A stretch of 64,000 nucleotides of DNA from Octopus vulgaris (taxonomy: Eukaryota): NCBI GenBank assembly GCA_951406725.2, contig OX597843.1, positions 16,182,001 to 16,246,000 on the forward strand, in the 5' to 3' direction. The notes below the pieces were generated by a model, which searched no databases, was not told where the DNA came from, and saw only the letters and a program-made list of their open reading frames with translations. The number at the start of each line of letters is the position of its first letter. The first letter of the stretch is position 1. Position numbers and translations under genes: made by a program. Shown piece by piece: positions 40,028 to 53,313 of the stretch.

Positions 40028-40934
40028 CTACATATATATATATACATATATATACATATATATATATACATATATATACATATATATATATACATATATA
40101 TACATATATATATATACATATATATACATATATATACATATATATACATATATATACATATATATATATACATATATATGACAGGCTTCTTTCAGTTTCC
40201 GTCTACCAAATCCATTCACAAGGCTTTTACTTGTTTCAGTCATTTGACTGTGGCCATGCTGGAGCACCGCCTTTAGTCAACAAATTGACCCCAGGACTTA
40301 TTCTTTGGAAGCCTAGTACTTATTCTATCGGTTTCTTTTTGCCGAACCGCTAAGTTATGGGGGACGTAAACATACCAGCATCAATTATCAAGCGATGTTG
40401 GGGGGACAAACAAACATATACACACACACATATATATATACATATACACGACAGGCTTCTTTCAGTTTCCATCTACCAAATCCACTCACAAGGCTTTGGG
40501 TCAGCCTGAGGTTATAGTAGAAGACACTTTTCCAAGGTGCCAATGCAGTGGGACTGAACCCGGAACCATGTGGTTGGTAAGCAAGCTACTTACCACACAG
40601 CCACTCCTGCGCCTATAGCATGATGAACTTTAGATTGCAAAAGTGTTTCAATTAAGTCTGATGTTTTAACTAGTGCTCTGTGTCATATGACAGATCGTGT
40701 ATCAACAGATTAAGAGAAAGAAGTGGCTTTGCAAATGGCATATAATATGATATATGTTTGCTTTCATTTCTAAATCTGGCTGTGTGGTAAGAAGTTCGTT
40801 TGGATGAAGGACAAAGTCAACCTTGGCAAAACTTGAACTTAGAATGTAAAAATGAATGAAATGCCTCTAAGCATTTTTGCTTGGTATACTATCAATTCTG
40901 CTAGCTTTCCACATTAATAATAATAATAATAATA

Positions 40935-42796
40935 ATGTACATTGTTTTGTCTTGGTATAAAAGATGGGCTACAGCAAATATTCTGCTCAATACCACAGAT
41001 TTGATGCAGTACCAGGCAGTGGCTCTCATGGCTTCTGATCTTAACTGATTGGAAGTGTTATCATGTACATTGTTTTGTCTTGGTATAAAAGATGGGCTAC
41101 AGCAAATATTCTGCTCAATACCACAGATTTGATGCTGTACCAGGCAGTGGCTCTCATGGCTTCTGATCTTAATTGATTGGAAGTGTTATCATGTACATTA
41201 TTTTGTCTTGGTATAAAAGATGGGCTACAGCAAATATTCTGCTCAATACCACAGATTTGATGCAGTACCAGGCAGTGGCTCTCATGGCTTCTGATCTTAA
41301 TTGATTGGAAGTGTTATCATGTACATTATTTTGTCTTGGTATAAAAGATGGGCTACAGCAAATATTCTGCTCAATACCACAGATTTGATGCAGTACCAGG
41401 CAGTGGCTCTCATGGCTTCTGATCTTAACTGATTGGAAGTGTTATCATGTACATTGTTTTGTCTTGGTATAAAAGATGGGCTACAGCAAATATTCTGCTC
41501 AATACCACAGATTTGATGCTGTACCAGGCAGTGGCTCTCATGGCTTCGGATCTTAATTGATTGGAAGTGTTATCATGTACATTGTTTTGTCTTGGTATAA
41601 AAGATGGGCTACAGCAAATATTCTGCTCAATACCACAGATTTGATGCAGTACCAGGCAGTGGCTCTCATGGCTTCGGATCTTAATTGATTGGAAGTGTTA
41701 TCATGTACATTGTTTTGTCTTGGTATAAAAGATGGGCTACAGCAAATATTCTGCTCAATACCACAGATTTGATGCAGTACCAGGCAGTGGCTCTCATGGC
41801 TTCTGATCTTAATTGATTGGAAGTGTTATCATGTACATTATTTTGTCTTGGTATAAAAGATGGGCTACAGCAAATATTCTGCTCAATACCACAGATTTGA
41901 TGCAGTACCAGGCAGTGGCTCTCATGGCTTCTGATCTTAACTGATTGGAAGTGTTATCGTGTACATTGTTTTGTCTTGGTATAAAAGATGGCCTACAGCA
42001 AATATTCAGCTCAATACCACAGATTTGATGCAGTACCAGGCAGTGGCTCTCATGGCTTCTGATCTTAACTGATTGGAAGTGTTATCGTGTACATTGTTTT
42101 GTCTTGGTATAAAAGATGGGCTACAGCAAATATTCTGCTCAATACCACAGATTTGATGCAGTACCAGGCAGTGGCTCTCATGGCTTCTGATCTTAATTGA
42201 TTGGAAGTGTTATCATGTACATTGTTTTGTCTTGGTATAAAAGATGGGCTACAGCAAATATTCTGCTCAATACCACAGATTTGATGCAGTACCAGGCAGT
42301 GGCTCTCATGGCTTCTGATCTTAATTGATTGGAAGTGTTATCATGTACATTATTTTGTCTTGGTATAAAAGATGGCCTACAGCAAATATTCTGCTCAATA
42401 CCACAGATTTGATGCAGTACCAGGCAGTGGCTCTCATGGCTTCTGATCTTAACTGATTGGAAGTGTTATCGTGTACATTGTTTTGTCTTGGTATAAAAGA
42501 TGGCCTACAGCAAATATTCTGCTCAATACCACAGATTTGATGCAGTACCAGGCAGTGGCTCTCATGGCTTCTGATCTTAACTGATTGGAAGTGTTATCAT
42601 GTACATTGTTTTGTCTTGGTATAAAAGATGGCCTACAGCAAATATTCTGCTCAATACCACAGATTTGATGCTGTACCAGGCAGTGGCTCTCATGGCTTCT
42701 GATCTTAATTGATTGGAAGTGTTATCATGTACATTGTTTTGTCTTGGTATAAAAGATGGGCTACAGCGAATATTCTGCTCAATACCACAGATTTGC
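40935..42796 (+). repeat. 128-bp tandem array, 14 full units plus a partial one
   Basis: Units start at 41003 + 128n up to 42667; the unit equals the terminal segment of the (AAT)n-targeting element that follows at 42797-43355. Confidence 0.95.
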
Positions 42797-45006
42797 TAAT
42801 GCCCTGATGCAGTTCCAGACAGTGGCTCTCATGGCTTCTGATCTTAACTGACTGGAAGTGTTATCATGTACGTTGTTTTGTCTTGGTATAAAAGATGGCC
42901 TACAGTAAATATTCTGCTCAATACCACAGATTTGCCTGTCAGTTGTTTGACCTTAACCAGTTGAGCATGTCCCTTAGTGGCTGACGATATGTGCATCTCT
43001 GATCACGAGCAGAAGTAGTGGGGGAGCATCATAGCCATGTGTTGAGAGGGATTCTGTGGAGTTTGAATAATTCACCTCTGGAAACATGGGTGGTTCTTTC
43101 AACATCCTTAAACAACCCTTATTCAGGGACCTTTTGAGCGGGATGGGTTACTCGACCAGAAGAAAATTCTAACTGGGCCCCACCTGTAAGGTCATGCGCT
43201 GTTTACCTTGATATGAGATCACCATGTCGCACACATATGGTTGTGATGCATGTGCCAGGTGTACCCTTATCAGACGGGTAGTCATGATGGGTATATTGGG
43301 CTTCGTATATTTTACCCCAGTGTCACTTTGATGGCATGCACTGCTCTCTCACTCAATAATAATAATAATAATTTATTTCTTTACTACCCACAAGGGGCTA
43401 AACATAGAGGGAATAAACAAGGACAGACAAAGGGATTAAGTCGATTACATCGACTCCAGTGCGAAACTGGTACTTTATTTATCGACCCCGAGAGGATGAA
43501 AGGCAAAGTCGACCTAGGCGGAATTTGAACTCAGAACGTAACGACAGACGAAATACCGATAAGCATTTTGCCCGGCGCGCTAACGTTTCTGCAAGCTGGC
43601 CGCCTATAATAATAATAGTAATAATAATAATAATCCTTTCTCTACTATAGGCACAAGGCGTGAAATTTCGTTGAAAGGGGACTAGTCAATTACATCGACC
43701 CCAGTGTTTCACTGGAACTTAATTTATTGACCCTGAAAGGATAAAGGCAAAATTGACCTTGGCAGTGTTTGAACTCAGAACATGAAGATTGACAGAATAC
43801 TGCTAAGCATTTTGCCTGGCGTGCTAACAATTCCGCCAGCATGTCTCCTCCTTAATAACAACAATAATAATACTCTCTACTACAAGTACAAGGTCTGAAA
43901 ATTTGTGGGGAGGGAGCTGGTCGATTCGATTACATCGACCCCAGTGTTTCACTGGCACTTCATTTATTGACCCTGAACAGACGCAAGGCAAAGTCGACCT
44001 TGGCAGAACTTGAACTCAGAAAGTAAAGATGGAGAAAATACCATTAAGGATTTTGCCCGACACGCTAATGATTCTGCCAGATCACCGTCTTTTTAATAAC
44101 AACAACAATAATAATAATCCTTTCTACTAAAGGCATAAGGTCTGAAAATTTGTGGGGAGGGGGCTGTATATATATATATATATGAACCGGTGGCACGTAA
44201 ACAGCACCATCTGAAGGTGGCCGATGCCAGCGCCGCCTAGACTGGCTTCTGTGCCGGTGGCACGTAAAAAGCGCTATTCGAATCGTGGCCGATGCCAGCA
44301 TCGCCTTGACTGGCTTCCGTGCTGGTGGCACATAAAAAGCACCATCTGAATTGTGGCCGATGCCAGTGCCGCCTAGACTGGCTTCTGTGCCGGTGGCACG
44401 TAAAAAGCGCTATTCGAATCGTGGCCGATGCCAGCATCGCCTTGACTGGCTTCCGTGCCGGTGGCACGTAAAAAGCACCATCCGAATCGTGGCCGATGCC
44501 AGTGCCGCCTTGACTGGCTTCCGTGCCGGTGGCATGTAAAATGCACCAATCCGATCGTGGCAGTTGCCAGCCTCGCCTGGCACCTGCAGGTGGCAGGAAA
44601 AAGCACCCACTACACTCACGGAGTGGTTGGTGTTAAGAAGGGCATCTAGCTGTAGAAACACTGCCAGATCAGACTGGAGCCTGCTGCAGCCTCCTGGCTT
44701 CCCAGATACCCGGTCGTACCGTCCAACCCATGATAGCATGGAGAACAGATGTTAAACGATGATGATGACACACACACATGCACACATATATACGACAGGC
44801 TTCTTTCAGTTTCCAATACCAAATCCACTCACAAGGTTTTGGTCGGCCCACGGCTACAGTAGAAGGCACTTGCCCAAGGTGCCACACAGTGAGACTGAAC
44901 CCGGAACCATGTAGTTCGTAAGCAAGCTACTTACCACACAGCCACTCCTACGCCTTGTGCCAAAATTTGAAACAATCACAGAGCAAAAATCTGAAAAGCT
45001 ACTTAC

Positions 45007-45090
45007 AAATGCTAAGAAACCATGCACGATTGGCAAAGAATTTGGGCTTCCAGTGGCAGGTAGAATCACAAAACTCAGTCACGGAAAGAC
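45007..45090 (-). other. Candidate 84-bp exon antisense to a hAT/Buster transposase-like fragment
   Basis: Strong acceptor (ttttttgtctttcatttgcacAG) and GTAAGT donor on minus. The plus strand reads AKKPCTIGKEFGLPVAGRITKLSHGKTCANE, resembling the KPxTIGE..LPA region of Buster-type transposases. Confidence 0.45.
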
Positions 45091-46803
45091 CTGTGCAAAT
45101 GAAAGACAAAAAAGAAAAACATAATTAATGACCAATTTGTATGAGTCATTGTAAAAAATTAAAGGAAATACAACATAGGCGCAGGAGTAGCTGTGTGGTA
45201 AGTAGCTTGCTAACCAACCACATGGTTCCGGGTTCAGTCCCACTGCGTGGCACCTTGGGCGAGTGTCTTCTATACGACAGGCTTCTTTCAGTTTCCGTCT
45301 ACCAAATCCACTCACAAGGCATTGGTCGGCCCGAGGCTATAACAGAATACACTTGCCCAAGGTGCCAATGCAGTGGGACTGAACCCGGAACCATGTGGTT
45401 GGTAAGAAAGCTACTTACCACACAGCCACTCCTGTACCTATTTTACTAAATTCTTTATTATTTTCAAAATTGTGGCATGTAAAAAGCACCAATCTTATCA
45501 TGGCCATTGCCAGCCTTTCCTGGCACGTAAAAAGCACCCACTACACTCACAGAGTGGTTGGCGTTAGGAAGGGCATCCAGCTGTAGAAACACTGCCAGAT
45601 CAGACTTCTCCATTGGTGAGCCTCGCTGTCCATGGAATCCGTAAAAATCTTCTCCAACACCAAAGCATTTTATGAGGTTTCTTTCTTTTCTGGAAACTCG
45701 CCATGTACCAGCAGCTGATGGCTCACAGTCTGGCACCGGTCTGTGGACCACCACCTTGAGTAGCACCTCCTTGCTTCCTAAAATTCACCGACACTACGCC
45801 TGATATCCACCCCTCCATATGCATACACACGTCTATCGTGACTCATACACTGTTCATTTTTCTGACTTTTGTACATAATTCTATGTACTGTACATACATA
45901 CACCTTTGATGAGTTGTAGTACACCTGAGCACTATATACAATAATTTCATTATTATTTTTAGAATAGGAACAATAATAAACCTGAATCGTAGAATAAATA
46001 TACAGTGCATGGGTGTATTTGGAAAGGAAAAACAAATGACCAGCCAGAAATATAACAATGTGGGTTTCAACACAGGATTTCACATTCAGAGATCCCGCAA
46101 AATATATAAATGTATAAAAGAAAAAAAAGAAAAAAATAACAGAACTACATCACCAAGGAAACAGAGAAAAGGCAAATAAGAAAGGGGGAAGGAGGGGGGG
46201 AAAAGAAGAGGGGGGAAATGAGAAGGAGATGGGAGGAGATGGGGAGTAACAGGTTGTACACCCCTGGATCAATTGTGATGCTCAGCCACACCTTGCGGAC
46301 AGATTTAATTACAAAGGCGTTGCCCCACCCCCGAAAACAGAAAGGGCCAGTGACAGCCACCCAACTTCGCCTGAGGTCTGGGAGGACGGGGTGGGGGGTC
46401 GGGTGGAGGTTGGGAACCCATTTTTCAGTTATGATACATAGGCGTAGGAGTGGCTTTGTGGTAAGTAGCTTGCTTACCAACCACATGGTTCCGGGTTCAG
46501 TCCAACTACGTGGCACCTTGGGCAAGTGTCTTCTACTATAGCCTTGGGCCGACCAGAGCCTTGTGAGTGGATTTGGTAGACGGAAACTGAAAGAAGCCCG
46601 TTGTATATATGTATATATATATATGTATAGGCGCAGGAGTGGCTGTGTGGTAAGTAGCTTGCTAACCAACCACATAGTTTCGGGTTCAGTCCAACTGCGT
46701 GGCACCTTGGGCAAGTGTCTTCTGCTATAGCCTCGGGCCGACCAATGCCTTGTGAGTGGATTTGGTGAGACGGAAACTGAAACCAGCCCGTCGTATATAT
46801 GTT

Positions 46804-46851
<48 letters not shown>

Positions 46852-47120
46852 TGTGTGTCTGTGTTTGTCCTGCCCAAAATCGCTTGGCAACCGATGCTGG
46901 TGTGCTTACGTCCCCATAACTTAGCGGTTCGGCAAAAAGAAAAACGATAGAATAAGTACCAGGCTTACAAAAGAATAAGCCCCGGGGGTCGATTTGATTC
47001 GACTGAAAGGCGGTGCTCCAGCATGGCCGCAGTCAAATGACTGAAACAAGCAAAAGAGAATACTTGAAGGCAAGTCACAAGAAAACACGTCAGAAAAAGC
47101 GAGAGGAAAAACGAAAAAGA

Positions 47121-47160
<40 letters not shown>

Positions 47161-47407
47161 AACAGTTGCGATGGAACAAAAGGTTGAGAGAATGATTTAA
47201 ATCAAATCCAAACCGCTCCCTACACACACACACACACACACACGCTACACACCTCTACAGCAATCTGAAGTAAATCAATATCTGTTCTGGGAAGCCTTTG
47301 AAATTTCTAATCTGGTTTAATGCTTGTCCTATATTGTGAGCTCTTATGGCTGGTTTATTGTGACATGGACGAAATTGGGTACAAATCAATTATTTATAAA
47401 TATGTGG

Positions 47408-47409
<2 letters not shown>

Positions 47410-47483
<74 letters not shown>

Positions 47484-47626
47484 AGTCACATATACTTGCA
47501 CTGATACGTGCACACAGATGGACTGACACAGACAACACACAAATAGGCAAACACACACACAACTCACATGAAAACACACACATGGACATAGATTTTTTAC
47601 ACACACGTGAACACACACACATTTTT

Positions 47627-47699
<73 letters not shown>

Positions 47700-47705
47700 T
47701 TTTTG

Positions 47706-47794
<89 letters not shown>

Positions 47795-48331
47795 ATTTTT
47801 GCACACACACACACACACACACACACAGATTTTTGCACACACACACACACACACACACACGGACAATGCCAAGCACACACACACACACACAAACTCATAG
47901 TAAACACACACATACACAAACTCATAGCAAACACACATACACACCACATATAGACAGACTGGCAAGTACATACACACAAACTCACAGGCAAGCACACACA
48001 CACACACACAGAATGACACACAACACAAAGACTAACACATACATATACACCACACAAACTGACACACACACACACACACATAAACACACAAATGGACTGA
48101 CACACACAACACAGACTGACAAACACACATACATACACATACACAGACTGACACACATACATATTCACCACACAGACAGACTGACACACAACTCAGGCAA
48201 ACACACATGTACACACACAGACTTATACATGCACATATATAACACACCAACAAGCAGACTGATACACACACACACACACACCACATATGGACAGACTGGC
48301 ACTTTCTCTCTCTCACACACACACACACACA
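47410..48331. repeat. (CA)n-rich compound microsatellite
   Basis: Direct reading. Confidence 0.9.
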
Positions 48332-48998
48332 CTTTCCAAGACAATTCTTACAAGAAAGCTTCTACGGAATCAGTTTATCTTAATATTGGTTCAGAATTTT
48401 GACACAATGCCAACAATTTTAGGCGAGTTGTTAAGTTGATTACATCGACCCCCAGTGCACCACTGGTACATGTTTTACTGACCCCGAAAGGATGAAAGAC
48501 AAAGTCAACCCCAGCAGAATTTGAACTCAAAATGTGAAGATGGGCAAAACGTCACGAAGTATTTTCCCAGTCATGTTACTGTTTCTGCCACCCCACTGCC
48601 TTAGGGTGGGTAAATGTAGATTTTGAATTTTGGCACAAAGCCTTTTGTACATGTGTGCATGTGAGTGTGTCACTCCAACCATTTGATAACCAGTGTTAGT
48701 TCATTTATGTCCCCTGCAATGTAGCTCCCAGACCAACCAAAGCTTTGTGAGCGAATGTGGTAGAGGGAAACTAAGTCGAAGCTCTCCGTGTGCACGTGTG
48801 TGTTTGACCCCCCCGTCCACCTTTGCTCAACAACCAGTGGTGGATTGTCTACGTCTCCATAACTTAGCACTTTGGCAAAAGAGACTGAATCAGTACTAAC
48901 ATACTTAAATAAAATAAAACAAAACAAAAAATAAGTACTGCCCCAGCTTGGGCATGGTCAAATGATGGAAACATAAAGAGAAAAAGCATAAAAGATTC

Positions 48999-49718
48999 CT
49001 TAATCCTTTCATTACTGTATTTATTTTGAGTTGCTCTGTGTTTCTTCCAATTACTTTAAATATAACAGAGAATTTAGTAAAATAACTTAGTTATCATTCA
49101 GCTAGTGTTAGGAACATAAATTGTGACTAAGGTTTGGTGGAAGATTTTAATTAAAAACTTATGAAAACAAGACATTTGTACTACAGAGCCAGAGGTGGTT
49201 TCAGCCAGGTTGGTATCGAAAGGGTTAAAAATATCATGGTGACTTTAACCCTTTTGTTCCCTTATATCTGTTGAGATGTTCTGTGTTTCTTTCAATTAAT
49301 ATTAAATATATCAAAGAATTTAGTAAAATAACTTGGTTATCATTCAGCTAGTGTTAGGAACATAAATTGTGACTAAGGATTGGTGGAAGATTTTAATTCA
49401 AAACTTATGAAAACAAGACATTTGTACTCAGAGCCAGAGCCAGTTTCAGCCAGGTTGGTATCGAAAGGGTTAAAAATATCATGGTGACTTTAACCCTTTT
49501 GTTCCCTTATATCTGTTGAGATGTTCTGTGTTTCTTTCAATTAATATTAAATATATCAAAGAATTTAGTAAAATAACTTGGTTATCATTCAGCTAGTGTT
49601 AGGAACATAAATTGTGACTAAGGTTTGGTGGAAGATTTTAATTCAAAACTTATGAAAACAAGACATTTGTACTCAGAGCCAGACCCAGTTTCAGCCGGGT
49701 TGGTAACGAAAGGGTTAA
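48999..49718. mobile_element. Three tandem piggyBac-type MITE copies
   Basis: About 245-bp units, each TTAA-CCCTTT...AAAGGG-TTAA, separated by a repeated spacer aaatatcatggtg(g)act. Confidence 0.8.
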
Positions 49719-50262
49719 GCACACATCGTACAATGGCCACCTTTGTACGGTAGATGGGTGGAGCACTGAAGAATTCACAAATGTTTTCTTAGCTGAGGGT
49801 GTTGAGTGTTGTATGAGAAAGCCAGGAACAGGAGTGGACTGAACAAACACATGGACATAATACTCACAAGCTCAACAAATGAGTCACCAATTATGTGTTA
49901 CAACAACTGAAGGAGCAGAGATATTTTCCTCAAATCACGCCCACAGCTCTAGATAAACGGCAGTAGGTTATGAAGTTCTAGATAATCTAATGGTGCAATG
50001 GAAATAGAATAGTGACAGTGATAATGTGTGCGTGATTGTAAACTCTGCTGGATTAGTTTGATCTAGGTTAAACAACTAGTAAATGCTTCCTCAACAGAAG
50101 AAAGATAGAAAAAATAAATTAATATTGACTGTACTACAATTGTCAGATTTTGAATGTTATATTCATCAAAATGCATTTATCAAACAAAAACTGCATTACA
50201 TAATGCATTCAAGTCTGCCAGCAGTCACATGCTCAATGAATAATAATAATAATAATAATAAT

Positions 50263-51025
50263 GGAGGTGCAATGGCCCAGTGGTTAGGGCAGCGGACTCG
50301 CGGTCATAGGATCACGGTTTCGATTCCCAGACCGGGCGTTGTGAGTGTTTATTGAGCGAAAACACCTAAAGCTCCACAAGGCTCCGGCAGGGGATGGTGG
50401 TGATCCCTGCTGTACTCTTTCACCACGACTTTCTCTCACTCTTACTTCCTGTTTCTGTTGTACCTGTATTTCAAATGGTGGAGGCGCACATGGCCCACTG
50501 GTTAGGGCAGTGGACTCGCGGTCGTAGGATCGCGGTTTCGATTCCCAGACCGGGCGTTGTGAGTGTTTATTGAGCGAAAATACCTAAAAGCTCCACGAGG
50601 CTCTGGCAGGGGATGGTGATGATCCCTGCTGTACTCTTTCACCACAACTTTCTCTCACTCTTTCTTCCTGTTTCTGTTGTACCTGTATTTCAAAGGGCGA
50701 GATTCCCAGACTGGGCGTTGTGAGTGTTTATTGAGCGAAAACACCTAAAAGCTCCACGAGGCTCCGGCAGGGCATGGTGGTGATCCCTGCTGTACTCTTT
50801 CACCACAACTTTCTCTCACTCTTACTTCCTGTTTCTGTTGTACCTGTATTTCAAAGGGCCGGCCTTGTCGCTCTCTGTGTCACGCTGAATATCCCCGAGA
50901 ACTACGTTAAGGGTACACGTGTCTGTGGAGTGCTCAGCCACTTACACGTTAATTTCACGAGCAGGCTGTTCCGCTGATCGGATCAACCGGAACCCTCGTC
51001 GTCGTAACCGACGGAGTGCTTCCTC
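50263..51025 (+). mobile_element. Same SINE family, tandem trimer of the 5' half in (AAT)n
   Basis: 5' portion repeated at about 50263, 50480 and 50700; only the last unit has the 3' tail. Confidence 0.8.
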
Positions 51026-51027
51026 CA

Positions 51028-51058
<31 letters not shown>

Positions 51059-51412
51059 GAATGGTTGTATACTGTCAATCTAACATGAACGCGACAGTAG
51101 GGGGTTACACCACTGCTGTTTAGCCCTAGGAAGCATCGACGCTTCTTGCTGGCTTTGACACATTTTTCCTGTGTCCTTATATAGGACATTTACGAAGGGG
51201 AGACAGACACCCCCAGCAGCCCTTCGTAAATGTATATAAGGACACAGGAAAAATGTGTCGAAGCCAGCAGGAAGCGTCAATGCTTTCTAGGGCTAAACAG
51301 TGGTGGTGTAACTCCCTACTGTCACGTTCGCGTTAGATTGACAGTATACAACCATTCTATTGCCCCACCACCGTACATATCTCTATGAGATATTTAGAAA
51401 TTCAATATTTCT
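51059..51412 (+). mobile_element. Foldback element family inserted in (AAT)n, longest copy
   Basis: About 140-bp inverted arms (51059-51199 / 51220-51357) plus a unique tail ending atatttct-(AAT)n. Confidence 0.65.
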
Positions 51413-51434
51413 AATAATAATAATAATAATAATT

Positions 51435-52082
51435 AATTAATTCGTTTATTGGCCACAAGGGCCGACAAAAATCAATTATCACATAAAGGGACAAAACAGG
51501 ACGAACGGTTACAAAGGGTTTCGTCCGTTTGTGAAAAATCCGAGTAAAAACAGTTTAACAACGAAAGATTATAACAATGAAAATCTCCCAAAAGGGGGAG
51601 GCGTTACGAAAGGTTCCTGGTGGAAAAAAACCCATAAAAGCAAACGGGAGCCTGGTCAAAAAAAAGGGGAGGTAGAGAGCCCCTTTCTCCTTTTATATTA
51701 CCTTTTTACATCACAGGTGTAACCTCAGAATGGCTCCTTTCATACTGGCCATTCTTGCGACATTTATCCACCTTTCATTATATAATTAATTCGTTTATTG
51801 GCCACAAGGGCTAACAAAAATCAATTAAAACATAAAGGGACAAAACAGAGGATGAAAGTTACAAAGGGTTTTGTCCGTTTGAAAAAAGCCCATTATATAA
51901 AAGCAGGATGACAACGAAATATAAGTAACAATTAAAACTCCCAATAGGGGGAGGCGCTTCGAAAGGGTTACTCGTGGAAAAACCCATAAAAGCTACGGGA
52001 GCCTGGTCAAAAGTGGGGTAGAAAGCCCCTTTCTCCTTTTATATTTCCTTTTAATTTTTCACAGGTGTATCCTCAGAATTGG
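51435..52082 (-). mobile_element. Two tandem Tx1/L1-like LINE 3' ends
   Basis: Diverged copies 51435-51778 and 51785-52082; ORF end ERWINVARMASMKGAILRLHL*, T-rich UTR, terminal gcccttgtggccAATAAAcgaa. Confidence 0.6.
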
Positions 52083-52593
52083 TCGTCCTGATGCAGCGCC
52101 AGGCAGTGGCTCTCATGGCTCCTGATCTGAACTGATTGGAAGTGTTATCATGTACATTGTTTTGTCTTGGTATAAATGATGGGATATAGCAAATATTCTG
52201 CTCAATACCACAGATTTGCTTGTCAGTTGTTTGACCTTAACCAGTTGAGTATGTCCCTTGGTGGCTGACGATATGTGCATCTCTGATCACAAGCAGAAGA
52301 AGTGGGGGAGCATCATAGCCATGTGTTGAGAGGGATTCTTTAGGGTTTGAATAATTCACCTCTGGAAACATATACACACACACACACACACACACAACAA
52401 CAACAGGTGGAAATTGGTTTATTCACCCACACCTGGTGCTTTACTATTTAGGTACCTAATTCACTTACAAAAGTGACAATAAAACAAGTACCAGTTTAAC
52501 AAAACAAATAAAATAAGTACCGTGGGCAATTTCTTTGGCAAAACCCTTCAAAGCATGGCTGCAGTCCAATGATTGAAACAAGTAAAAGAAGAT

Positions 52594-52624
<31 letters not shown>

Positions 52625-53260
52625 TATTTATATATGTATGTATGCACTTTGAAGGAGTGCATCAGTTACGACACTGTTACCATAGTAATGGATATGACAA
52701 CATTGTATAACCATTGTATGAATACTAAAATACACCAATGAGTGTTACGCAATTTCTGAATATCTGACAACGTAATCAGATAAGATTTTGTTTACATAAC
52801 TGATATTCAATGTTAATGAAACATGCATAAAGTGATGCAACTAAACATTATATAAACAAACTCTGGTATTTCTACCAGGTCTAGCTACCATGTAGAGGTC
52901 TCATTCATTGGCTCATACATTGGCTCTTTTACTTGTTTCAGTCATTTGACTGCGGCCATGCTGGAGCACTGCCTTTAATGGAGCAACTCGACCCCGGGAC
53001 TTATTCTTTGTAAGCCCAGTACTTATTCTATCAGTCTCTTTTGCCGAACCGCTAAGTAACGGAGACATAAACAACACACCAGCATCGGTTGTCAAGCAAT
53101 GCTAGGGGGACAAACACAGACACACAAACACATACACGCATATATATATATATAAAGTTGTAAGAAAAAATTGATAACATTCTTCAGACATATTGACTCA
53201 AATATATATTTTTTAACCTTTTAAAACAAGCCTTCTGTAGTTTTTTCACTTTTTACTATT

Positions 53261-53313
<53 letters not shown>

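Noticed and set aside
41003-41050. U2 snRNA-like words on minus (cctggtactgca, gttaagatca)
   Set aside because: Two short matches with wrong spacing, no Sm site or branch-recognition sequence.
42980-43100. Hammerhead in the (AAT)n-targeting element (CUGACGA ... GAAAC)
   Set aside because: Stems I and II cannot be formed around the core.
51200-51305. HDV-like ribozyme in the foldback family (gctaaacag resembles J4/2-P2)
   Set aside because: No consistent P3/L3 or P1.1 could be built.
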